Part shown: positions 1 through 13,934 of the stretch, in pieces | Layout: each line of letters begins with the position of its first letter | How positions within the stretch are numbered: position 1 is the first letter of the stretch | Assembly: GCF_009914755.1 (NCBI RefSeq) | Contig: NC_060929.1 | DNA: 64,000 nt | Direction: 5' to 3' (one strand) | DNA from: the human T2T-CHM13v2.0 reference genome, Homo sapiens | Notes under the pieces: generated by a model | The model's database searches: none | The model's input: only the letters and a program-made list of their open reading frames with translations | Told to the model about the DNA's origin: nothing | Translations under genes and position numbers: made by a program

Positions 1-347
1 CTCACTTGTATTGACAGTTTTAGTGTGTCCTGAAAGAGACAGGCCTTAGCAACTGCAGGCAGCTGTGCTCAGCTCCTCCCTCATTCCACACTCTAGCCCC
101 TACTGTGGATGTAAAAAAGTTTCATGCAGCCCCTCAGACAAATGACTGACAAAAACTAAGCCCCAGATGATGATTATCATGTATGTGTCTGCAGCTGAGG
201 CTGCTCTTTGACAGGGCATCTCTGGCCAGTCAGCATTGATTGACTCATCCTGCTATGCTTTTTATATGCCTGTTGCAATACAGAAATATGATTTTGCCAT
301 ATGTGGGATAGTAGAGACAGAGGAAGATGAAAGCATGGCAGCCCAGA

Positions 348-519
348 TCAGTGCTTCTTAAATTCATGGTTTTCAAAACACAGATTTCTGGGTCCCACTC
401 CCAGAGATTCTGACTCAGTGTCTAGAGAACCACCCCCCCTCCAAATTTCCATTTCTAACAAAGGCTCCCAGGTGATGCTGATGCTGCAAGTCTGTGGAAC
501 ATACTTCAGGCAGCACTGG
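348..519. mobile_element. MER5A-like hAT-Charlie MITE
   Basis: Motifs cccagagattctgactcagt, atttctaacaa..ctcccaggtgatgctgatgctgc and terminal agcactg resemble the MER5A consensus. Confidence 0.7.
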
Positions 520-627
520 CCTAGATAGCTAATTTTGAGAAGACTCAGGTGAGGATAATGGAACTGCATTTCAGAAATAAAATTCATCAGAACATGACTA
601 GTCCACCAGAGGGAGATAAGGCAATGC

Positions 628-739
628 TAGGCTGACCAGCTGCACCAGTTTGACCCAGACCATCCTGATTTTAGCACTGAAAGTCTTGTGTCCTAGGAAA
701 CCACTCAGTCCCAGACAAACTGGAAAGTTGGTCACCCTA
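628..739. mobile_element. MER81-like hAT-Blackjack MITE (~112 bp)
   Basis: Terminal inverted repeats taggctgacca ... ttggtcacccta with central ttttagcactgaaagtc. Confidence 0.75.
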
Positions 740-942
740 AAAGGCATACTAAGCTAGTTTACTATGGCAGCTTTAATGTAATTTAAAGTGATTGGTGTGT
801 AGTCTAACTTTTAAACTCCTGGTGTGTTTTAAGACAAGCCATTGAGCATACTGTGAAATGACAGGTAACCACATGTAACAGAGGCAATGCCAGCTAGAGC
901 CTTCAGTTTTTCTAAATCTCTTTTCTCACAACTTATGGTGGA

Positions 943-1115
943 TCAGGGATTCCCAGACTTGTCCGCAGATTGGAATCACCTGGAGAGCTTAACGAAATGC
1001 TTGTGTTCTACTCCCAGAGATTGTGAATTAATTGGCTTGGGGAGTGGCCTGGATGCTTATAGTTTTAAAAAGATCCCCAGATGATTCTAACATGTAGACA
1101 CATTTAGGAACCCCC
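943..1115. mobile_element. MER5-family (MER5A/B) DNA transposon remnant
   Basis: ttggaatcacctggagagctt, ccagagattgtgaattaattgg and ccccagatgattctaa motifs. Confidence 0.65.
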
Positions 1116-1116
1116 A

Positions 1117-1623
1117 TGGTACATAGTCTCCAAAGATGGCAGCTACTAGTGCCTCTCACTTTGTGCAGACACACTGTTCATCTCATCAAGAGGTAGGGTT
1201 TATTTCCCATCCCTTTGGGTCCTGCTGCTTTTGTGACTTGCTTTGAACAATAAAACTCAGTGAAAGTGACATTCTGAGGCTTCTGAGCCCAGGCCTTAAG
1301 AGGATGGTGGTTTTTGTGTCCTCCTGGGAAGCCAGTCTCCATGCTAGAGGGAGAACCATTCAAAGTCCACAGTGCTGTGAGGAAGCTCCAGCTAGCCTTG
1401 TGGGGAGAGCCACCATGTGAGACAGCATTGAGACATCAGATGTGTGAGGGAAGCTCTCTTAGACCTTCTATCCCAGCCCAGTCAGTAGCTAAATCTAACC
1501 CGGCGAGTGACCCCAGCTAATGCTACCAAGAGCAGAACTATGCAGGAAAGGTCTTTCTCCATTATTGACTTAGGTCATTTAGCTTTGGGTAGCATGTTAT
1601 GGAACAATATATCACTGAAACAC
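1117..1623 (+). mobile_element. MLT1-family MaLR solo LTR (MLT1F/G/H-like)
   Basis: aagatggc start; tcaagaggtagggtttattt, gtgacttgctttg..caata and ttctgagcccaggccttaagagg motifs; ends in ctgaaaca. Confidence 0.7.
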
Positions 1624-2777
1624 AAGTGGATTCCTTGCACTTCCTGGGGTAATATAAAGGGGGCATTTTGAAAGTTCCTGTATAAACAAGGAATGTTTTA
1701 TCATCTTCAGCTCAAAGTGGAAAGCCAAACTAACCCTGTGTTACTGTATATTAGAAGGGAAACATTGTTATTAATTTCATTAATAAAATTATTAGTGATA
1801 GTGAACAAAGATGTGGTAGCTTCAACAGTCTTTCCCTTGTATCATCCAGAGATCAGAGCCCAAGGCACAATGCTTAGGGTGCTGTTAGTTTTTGTGGGGC
1901 TGTTCAACCCCAGAGAATCAGGATGAACAAGACAAGATAAAATTTGATGTGATGTGATACCATGTATTCCCACACTGGCTACTGTTAAATAACAAGCTGG
2001 GATGGATACACTATGTCACACTACAAGTGAGTGGTGTCACTTGTAGCGTCACCTCTACCAGTGTCACTTGTAGAGTGACATAGTGTATGCACTTGATATT
2101 TGGATTGCGAAGAGGAACTATCCCTTGGAGTAGTTCATAGGAGAGAAGACAAAAGAGGAACTTAGCTTTCTAGCTCTCTCCTGTTTCATTTCCTATTGAT
2201 GAAGTTTTACCCCATGGGAAGCTAACTCCACATCTGGCTTCTCAGTGGCTACTTGGAAATCCAGGCACCATGCCACACAATATGTTGTTTTACCCAAGTC
2301 CAAAAGTGGAAGGGCACCTATGTGTACATGAGGTGCTTACCAAGAGACACAGAAAAGAAGTTGAGGAATTCTGAGGTGAATGATTTTTTTGTGTGCTTTA
2401 AATTTATTTATTGGTTTTTGCTGAAACACTGTAGGTGTGCCTTATTTTGATACTGCTTTTATAAGCTACATTCTAAGGCTGAGAGAATCTCAGCCATATG
2501 CTTAGTATCAACATAAATGCAATATTAGTCTTGACTGGTCTTTTCCCTTCTGATAATCACACCAAACTAAACACTTTCTGTGGACATTTGCAAAAGTGAT
2601 AAGTAGTAGATGAAAGCTCTGCTTTCATCTGCAGCTCCAAGGATTTGGTTCTTATTTTACTATTTTACAGAGCCAAGTCTTTCCTGGTATAGAGTGGAGT
2701 GTGCATGCTTTATATCTTCCAAAAAGAAGCAAGATACCAGTGAGTTGTTGGTAAGAGCTTTTAGCTATTCTCCTATG

Positions 2778-2808
<31 letters not shown>

Positions 2809-3431
2809 GCAATGGGGAAAACAATTTTGGTTGTATAAACATTATGCCATGTTTAGTTATTTCATGAGACTGGGTGGTTCCTAAATATCAGTGGCTTTAT
2901 ATGACTATCATTACATTTTGCAATCCAGTCTGAACCTGACTGTAGGAGTCATAATTTAAGAGAATCAAAAGTCTATTTAACATATTGGAAGATTTCCTGT
3001 TCAGAGCTTAATCTTTCTGGAAAAAAGTTGTTTGCATTGGTTTCTCAGCAATCAACTTGGGTTAGCTCGTGTAGCACAAAGGCCATGGGATAGGACCAGA
3101 TGTATTCAGGATTTAAGCAATGGTGTCATAAAGAACTTTCTCTCTTTCTCTGTCTCTAATTTTATCCCCATCTCTTTGTCTTTCTTTTGTTTATGATGGC
3201 TTTGTTCTTAGGCACATTTTGCTCTTGTGGCTCCATGATAAAAACCAACAGATACAAGCTTTACCTCTTGGCATAGTTTTACTTTAGGCAAAACCCTAGG
3301 GTTGAGTTTAAATGGACAGGCCTAGAGTAAGTTGTCATTTGCAGATTTGGGAGGAATCTGAGAGCAATTCCCTTGGGGAAATTAAAAATGCTGTATCAGA
3401 AAAACGTGAATGAATGCCGGGATGGCAGTAA

Positions 3432-3804
<373 letters not shown>

Positions 3805-5697
3805 ATGATTCAAGTTTTGAGATCTCACATGACTATCTGTAAATGGACCCAAGTTTCAGGGAGTAGACTCACATAACTGAGCTCAGGGAGACTGATATAT
3901 AAACTGAATATCAATTTATTATTTCACAGTAAGGACATTCAAACAACTTCAGCTGCCAGTGTTGACAGAACAATTCATTTTCCCCACTTAGGTAAACCAC
4001 AGGGAAAACCAGTCATAAGAAATGTGCTAAATGAAGATGGATCAGAAAAAAGAGAAGACAGTGTCATGGTCCACAGTAGGATCTGCCACAGGGACCAGAT
4101 AATTGGGAATTTTTGGGCCAGAGCAATATTGTTCCTAGATGGCATATGGAGAGTCTCTGAAGTGTGAATGCTTTGAGCTTCCCTTTTGACCAGAATTTAT
4201 CTAAGTGTGGCTCCAACCAGCTGCATTGAAATCACCTGGCAACCTGATAAAATGCAGATTTCTGGTCTCACCCCAGACTGGCTCAGTTGAAACTGATGAA
4301 ATGAAGCTACATTTTCAACAAGCTTTCCTGGTTTTGTCTCTGTAGTATGAGATAATTCCTTTAAGCAAACCAAATCCCTTTGTCTATGCATCTTTAATCT
4401 AATGGGATATAAGTGATTCAATTTCTGTTTAAATTATTAAATATTTTGTTTTTAAATACCTATCATAGCTAAATTTGGTATTTTTATTCCTTTTAAGATT
4501 CTAGTCAGAATTATAAAATTATAACTTTGTGATTAGAAATTAATATAAATATAGAAAATTTGGAAGGAATGGAAATATGTGAGGGATTAGGCAAAAGCAT
4601 CCATAAATTTGTGATGATTTGTTTTATCTTTGGTGTGTGTGTATTCATACCCCACTCCTCCCACAGGGGTCTGTGTATACTGTCAATAGAATTTGATTTC
4701 TGTTTCATTTGCTCCAATTTAATTTGAGAACAACTCTCTATATTGTTAGCCTTCACTTGCATAATATTAATGACTATTCTAAAATTTCCCATTCATACAT
4801 ATATAGAGTTTTACCCCCTCAGATCATTAATCAGACATATTATATGAAGTTTTTTTAGCAGTTTGGAAGAATGAGATGTTTACTTTAAAATAAAATGGAA
4901 GGAATCACCTGTTTATTTTACTAACAACTAATTTTTCCAGGAGGGAGGCTTTTAGATATGTTCCCAATAAGGGAATATTATAACAAAGTCGCAGAAGTCA
5001 TGGTTGATGATTAATTACCACAAGACTGGTAAGTGCATTTAACCTCCTATAACTAGAGTAGTTTACAAGTTTAAGTGAAAAAATTAATTTCTACACCAAA
5101 TATTCTAACAAATACTTTTCTATAACAGATATTCTTAGCCTCAAGGTTAGAGGTCAATAGTCCTTGGAACATAATTATTAAATAAATTTCTGAATATTTC
5201 ATAAACTCATTTGCCCTGTTTAGAAAACAGACTTGGGCAGAAATTCAACTTTGAGCTTCTAAGGTATGGAAGAAATTTGGAGTTAATTGAAAATGTATGG
5301 CCACATACAAATTTTATGGCCACACATGGTCTGTAGTTGTACCAGCCCCTGTTTATTCACTATTTCAGATCAGCTTAGCCCTGTCTACACCTTGGCCTCA
5401 CATTCACAGCCACAGCTGCCCAAGTGACAGTTTATACTGTTTCCATGGGTAAAAAGCTCAGGCTGCTCTCATGTTCTGGGGCATACATTTCAGAGTCCTC
5501 ACACATAGCACTCACTGATAAGGTGACTTCTGCACCTGCTCCTATCTCTGCTGCAGAAGCTCTGCCTCTCCCAGTGCTTCCCAGAGGGTCCAGGGAAAAT
5601 AATTCACAGTGTAGTGAACTTAATGCATCATGGAGTAGACATTGACCAAGGAAAGATAGGAGAGGAAGAGACAGTGGTCAAATTGCTTGCTTTTCTT

Positions 5698-6040
5698 TGC
5701 TTTTGCTTTTCTCTTTTCTCTCTTTTCCTTTCTTTTTCTTTTTCTTTTTCTTTTCTTTTGATGGAGTCTTTTTCTGTTGCCCAGGCTGGAGTGCAGTGGT
5801 GGGATCTCAGCTCACTGGAACCTCCACCATCCAGATTCAACCGATTCTCCTGCTTCAGCCTTCTGAGTAGCTGGGATTACAAGTGCCTGCCAACCACGCC
5901 TGGCTAATTTTTGTATTTTTAGTAGAGACGGGGTTTCACTACGTTGTACAGGCTGGCCTCGAACTCCTGACCCCAAGTGATCTGCCAGCCTCGGCCTCCC
6001 AATGTGCTGGGATTACAGGCGTGAGCCACCGCACCCTGCC
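5698..6040 (-). mobile_element. Alu, AluSx/Sz-like
   Basis: Full dimer with long (CTTTTT)n-like tail; perfect 17-bp TSD aattgcttgcttttctt at 5681-5697 and 6041-6057. Confidence 0.95.
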
Positions 6041-8744
6041 AATTGCTTGCTTTTCTTCTTCCAACTATAGATGATGCCAAGATGTAGGAGTTTGTACAGT
6101 GTACCTGGTGATGGCCTGAGAAGACTGAGCAGCCAGCCCTGGCTTTGGGGAAGCGTTTGCCGGCTCACTTACTTACTCCTTATGTTTGCTCTCCTTCCCT
6201 GCCTGACTTAGTCTTGCTTTACTGGGATTATGTTCACTACCACTCTCCATCAGAAAAAAAATAGCATGCATCCTTTTGCCTCTCATTTTTTTATGGTAAT
6301 GGAGAACTAATGATTTTTCCCTCTTAAAGGCACTTGTGCCAGCAACATCTCCAGTTTTTTTAGTAAATACTGTTGAAGGCTTTAAGCCTTCAACTATAGA
6401 TTTCTAAGCCTTTTAAACCATTTGGGGCTCAGGATATTTTTTTTTCTTGCTAATAAGATTATAAGGTAACCTTATTTTCCTTTTCTCTAAATTACTGTGG
6501 GTTTCCAGACTGGCCACATCTATCACCAGCAATATCTTTTTCCAGGTATAGGACGAAAGTCTCAAAGTTAATAAAGCTTGTTCTGAAAGGCCCGTTGACT
6601 ACCTATGATTTTCCAGTCCTGCCTCTACAGGTCTTAAAATGCCTTTGGCTGTGGACTACTCTCAGCATCAAGCAGGGCCACCTAATTCTCCTCTGCCCAC
6701 CACAATGATCCCAATCCCAACACAACTGTCATCTCTTCCTTAGTTAATCTCAGCTAAAGGTTAGAGATGGAACAAAGGGAGTGCCGGTGATAATGCATGT
6801 CCCAGCTGTTGATGGGAATGCAAGGATACAGGTAAGAGGACATTTTATTACAACTGCACTGACTATCTGTAGAATTATTGAAGGTATAATATATGAATAT
6901 ATCTCACTTTTCTTATATGCATTCATTTCTGGGAAGACAGCTCAAACATTTTACATCGCATCCAGATACCTTTTATTTTCACTATGTTACTGCTGAAATG
7001 TGTGGAAAAGCAATCTGATTCAATCTTTTATCTTAACAGTGTGCACGACCATTGCTTTTCCCCTATCTTGTCTTGCTCTGATAGTTGAGAGCAACTGTCT
7101 CGACTATCTCATCCCTGGACTAAAGTAATTGTCTCTTAACTGGTTTCTCTGCCAGTCTTGCCAGTTCCTCCTCTCTGAGGCCTATGTCCCTGGCTTCAGT
7201 CCTAACTCCCCAGGAGGGGGCAGGACCCCTGCTGCTCCCCAGCATTCTTTCACTGCCCAACTAGCATGTTTTTGATGTTTCAGCTACACTCCATTACTTA
7301 ATATTTTTTCAACGAGCCATGCCTTTACCTGAGCTATTCTTTATCTTTGTTTTCCTCCATTGCATTAATGCGCATTATTCCTTCAAGAGCTAGTCCACAC
7401 ATCTCCTCTGAAAAAGCTTCCCGGGCTGTCTCTTCCAGAGACTAGTTAGCTGTCAGGCAAGGCCCCCACCAGTGAAGTTGGTGAACCCCTCACAGAGCGG
7501 GAGCTGGTTCTTGTTTTGCAGGTCCAGAAACGTGTGTTGCCAGTGCCCTCAGTGATTATCAGTATTCTCAGGACTGACATGAACTAATCAAACACATGGA
7601 GACAAAGGTTTAAGCCCTAATATTTTATCAATTTTATTTGTGAATTATAATTAAAAGGGAGTGTGGTACTACACATATGTGACACTGACTGAGACAGGTC
7701 TGAATGCTTCCTAGTGTGTAAAGGTGGGCAGGTTACCAGACCTCTCTAAACTTCAGTGTATTTATATGTAGAATTGTGGAAATTATACTTTTTTCTTACT
7801 GAGGAGTTTGAGGAATTAATGCCATTTTTAAGATTCCAGTCATTCACTTACTTCTTCACAATTTTCAACATATTCATATATTACCTGAATAGTATTCTTT
7901 AAATTGGCTACTTTTTAATATTAGCTTCATGCAAAGCATGATTTTTGTGAAATCATAGGGTTTGATATGCTAGCCATATACATATGTATGCATGTGAAAT
8001 ATATATTATCTAAATAAAGATAATTAGTTGCCAACAGTAGAATCTACTCTGGCTAATTAAAGAAGGAAGAATTTTTATTAAAGGATGTTATATAATGGCT
8101 GTAATTTCTGAAAGGTCCAGAGAATCAGGCTTGGGTGCAATAATGCCGGAGGTGTGGCAGGTGAGAAGCACACAGCCAGGAAAATTCCCTAAACTACAGA
8201 GCTTGAGTAGCAGCACCATGGTAGCCCCATCACAGCTGCCTCAGAAGGGCCTTCAACTCCTAACCCTTGTGAGAAAATCTGAACTCCCACTCTTGGCTGT
8301 CAGATTACATTGTTCATTCTCACTTTGAAATTTTGTGAAGACATGCCTGTTTGAAAAAACTTAGGTCACATGCTTGTACCATAGATGCAGGAGATTCCAG
8401 GGAGTCCTGTTTGCATTTCCAACTTCTATAGTAAAGGAAGGCAACTACAAGGGGACTGAAATAACAGTTGAGTTGATATACAATATCATCTGCCACATAC
8501 ATTAAAATCAAATAAAAGTTCATTGATATATCACCTAAAATCTTCATATGTACAGAATATATGTATCACATTTTAGGAAAAAAGTGAATGAATGTATACA
8601 TGGTACTGGATATGGAAAGCTCTCTCAATAGGGGGTGATATTTACATTATTGCAATTCTCTTTTTTCATTACAGTATCTTTTATGGGCAGTACACAAGGG
8701 ATACCACTAAGTTCTTCTCATATTCACACTGATAAGGGACCATG

Positions 8745-9923
<1,179 letters not shown>

Positions 9924-11217
9924 CTAAGTGATTTTTCTCTGGTCATTCATGAACAGGAGACAACTTTTGTTGTAGTTTATATGGATTGGCTCTGATATGC
10001 CGTATTTGTTATGTGAAATCAAAGATTGTTGTAATAACTTCTCTTCTCCCTTAGTCAGTGTTATCATCTTTGTGTTCTTCTGTTTTGTGTCCTGGGTGAC
10101 ATTGGTCTCACTGGAATATTCCCATCAGATGTGCCCTAGAGATTTAGACTGAGGAGTATAGCATTCCCTCTGATGCCGACCCACAGATAATCCTGTGGGA
10201 TGTCTTTAAATAGCTTGATTGCATTGTTCATAATTCATTTTTAAAATTTCTTTACTTTTGAGTAACTTCTTACATGGCTGGCCTATTGATGTATTCACTC
10301 TTTTCCTCTAAATCTGTATTCTAGACTTTATCCCAATGTTCAATTAGCATGGACTTTATTGATGGCTCCTTGTTCATATTTTTGCTATTATAGCTTATTG
10401 TTGTAATAATCTTTTTAGAACCTGGTTCAGTGTGAATTCAAAAGAGTCATATCATTTACAGTTCTTCAGGCCTGAATGATGCCTAAATCTATGGTTTCTG
10501 CCTATGCTTACCTCCTCCTCTCCTCATCCCCACAGTCTCTTCTCTAGAAAATAAATACACATGTCAGCTTAACATCACATTTAAGACCATTCACTACTTA
10601 CATTTGTCCTTGAGACTTTGAGAGCTGGTCCTAAGCTCAGTTCATTGTTGTGTTCCCATTGCCTAGTATAGTGCCTGATCCACAGCAGATGTTCAATAAT
10701 TTTTGAAGTAAATTGAATGCTACTTACAAATAAAGCAATTTCAGGACAGAAGAGAACAATATTGAATATCTACCTCAAGTAATGGAGAATAAACTACGCT
10801 TAAAACTTGCTTTAGTAAACAACTAAAAAATAGACAAAATATGGTTCCCTCAGTTTTGTACACAGTGACATAGGGTTTCATTTAATATGTCTGGGTGCTA
10901 GGTATTGTTTTTCCCTTCAAGTTTCTCAAGATGGAACAGCTCTAATATCTACAACTTTCAGATTTTTTTCCTGGCATGTTGACTTACTGCCCTGGTTTTA
11001 TTCTCTCTTCTTATTATGAAAACACTATTTTTGTTTTCTGTGAGGATCTAAGAAAGGCACTTTAAACTGATTATTCAGACTAGGTAAAATTCTCTTGCTC
11101 TGGGCATCTATGTTGATGGGATCTATCTTGAGAGTAGGTATGCTCTACCAAAGTATCTCTCTTGTTACCCATCACCATCGGTAGAACTAATTTCTTATGA
11201 ATTTTAAAGGCCATGTT

Positions 11218-11265
<48 letters not shown>

Positions 11266-11270
11266 CGCGC
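11218..11270. repeat. (GT)18(GC)7 compound microsatellite
   Basis: Read directly; uninterrupted purine-pyrimidine alternation. Confidence 0.97.
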
Positions 11271-12517
11271 CAGAGAGAAAGAGGGAAGATCTTTAAGGTA
11301 GCTTGTTAAAATGAATTCTTCCACAAGGAGACAAATACCATGAGTTGTTATTAAACAACAACAAAATCCCCCTCACTTATGCAGGCAAAGTAGAGGAAAA
11401 CACCAAGAAGAATGCTCGAAAGAACAGATTAATCACTGCCAATAGTGGACCTTGCTCATTTCAGATTTATTCAGGACCAGCTTTTGTGGATTTTTAAAGA
11501 AAAGCACTAGGGGCAATGAGACTGACCTGTGTTCAGCCCCTCCACTCTGCTCCAACCCTGTGTGGTGAAGCAAGCTTCCTTTGAAGTGTTATCTAAGTGA
11601 GAGGCTGGTTCTGGGTAAGAGGAAATTGACTTAGAATTTTTTCCAACTGCCCAGAGAGATTAATATCCTTAGAAAGAGCTTGAAGACATTGTCAGAATTA
11701 AAAATAACTTAGTGACAATTTAACAATAGAAAGAAGAAAGTCAGTCCCTTTAAACCTTCTTCAGAGGAGTCAGGCTCTATGAAAATTAAAAGTGATCCAA
11801 GGGAAGTTGTTTAAAAGTGCACAATTCACTTTAGTTTTGAAAGTGAGTTGAAGTTCTGGAACTGCATTTCTTGTAAAAGTTATGGGTGTACATCCTGCTG
11901 AGCCACCAGACACAAGAAGGCAGGTTCATTCCCTTCTTCCCTTCTTCCTTCCCATCCCTGTGATATCCATACCCCTTAGCACTATGCCCAGGAGCCAGTT
12001 AATTTGTAAGAAATGTGTATTATGTGAATGATTGGTGAATGAATCTGGCATAAAGCTCAGTTTAATTGCCAAACACAGATTGGAGACTGGAAGAAATGGT
12101 GTTTCAGAGATATAAACATTTTAGCTGGCTGTGATTACTCATGAATTTCTTTAAGGTGTCATTGAGTGACTTGGCTGAAGGCAGGAGGAACAGCACAGAA
12201 GGTTGGGTTTTGGCAGGGCAAGAATAATACAAAAGATGCAGAAGCAAATCATCTGAGGAATTCCCTAAATTAGCATTTCTATGTATAATTTTGGAAGGAA
12301 TCCGAAAGGTTAAATGAGGCTGATAATTTGCTAAAAAATTTCCAATTTCTCTTTGATCTGAAGACTCACAAATTTCATTTCTCATTGAAATTTTACTGTA
12401 AAATATGCTGCTGTGTAAAATGCAGGACTAAATTCACCTTATTTACTTGGCAATTGAACCTGGAAATAAAAATGTCATATTGGCAAGCAAAAATATGTAT
12501 TTCTCTATATAGTACAT

Positions 12518-13000
12518 TGTAAAGTTGGCCACAAATCCTTCCCACCCTTCCATTTGTATACTCACAATTGGCCATTATAAATCCTATTATCAAGAGGTAG
12601 GGCCCATGTCCTTATTCCTTGAATCTGGTTTGACCAGGTGACTTGCTTTTTAGCTAAGGGGGGCATTAACAAATATGTCTCAAACAGTCTGGAAAAGTGC
12701 TTGCACGCTGGGGCTTGTCTTTTGCTATGCTGCAGACCCATGCTGCTACTTCTATGTTGAGAAGCCTGGACCAGCCTATTGGATGATGAAAGAATACCTG
12801 GCCCACCCAGCAGCCAGAAGCAGAGCCACTTAGCTCATCACAGATGTGTGATTGAGCCCTTGTGAGACCAACAAAGAAACACCTATTTGTTCCCAGGCTA
12901 AATTGTGAGCCAAATAGTTGTTTTAAGTGTGTATTCACTAGATTTAGAATAGTTTGTTACGCACCACTACTAATAGTTTGTTAGGCAGCAATAACTAATA
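12518..13000 (+). mobile_element. MLT1-family MaLR solo LTR
   Basis: tggccacaaatcctt, atcaagaggtag, ccttgaatctgg, gtgacttgcttt and tttgttaggcagcaata motifs. Confidence 0.65.
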
Positions 13001-13546
13001 TGCCCTGATACTGCTGTGCAGGAATTCCGCTCTTCTTTAAATTCCTCCTCAATATTTCTTGAAGTCCCAGTTGGATATTGTGGATACTCTCTGAGGTGTA
13101 ATACTCTTGGCCTCCACGCCTCACCTACCCTCCTCCTCTTTGGCTCAGAATTCCTGTGCTAATGGCATCTTTGGTAGTTGATGCCCAAAGGGGCAGGTGT
13201 GCTGCTGCTGGTACTAGAGATGACAGCCTTCTTGGTATCTACCAGAGATCCCCACACTGTGATGTATAATCCAACTCATTTTGGGATCTCTGCTATGCCG
13301 TAAGGATAGAATGAGAGAGATGTGTGTGGAGTGAGTAGAAAGAGGAATAATAACAAAAAGAGAATAGATGTGATTTGAGAGCCAGAGGGGCCTTAAACAT
13401 CATGTATTTCAACTCTTCATTTTATAAAAGGATCCTTACACAAAAAACTTATGTCACTGGCCAAATCCCATGACATGAGTGTCAGATCTGGGATCAGAAC
13501 AGAATCTCCTCACTCCAAATATAGCTCTTATTTCCATTTCATTTAA

Positions 13547-13934
<388 letters not shown>

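Noticed and set aside
160-260. AP-1 site tgactca (241-247) and E-box cagctg
   Set aside because: Isolated short motifs are expected by chance and cannot support a regulatory call
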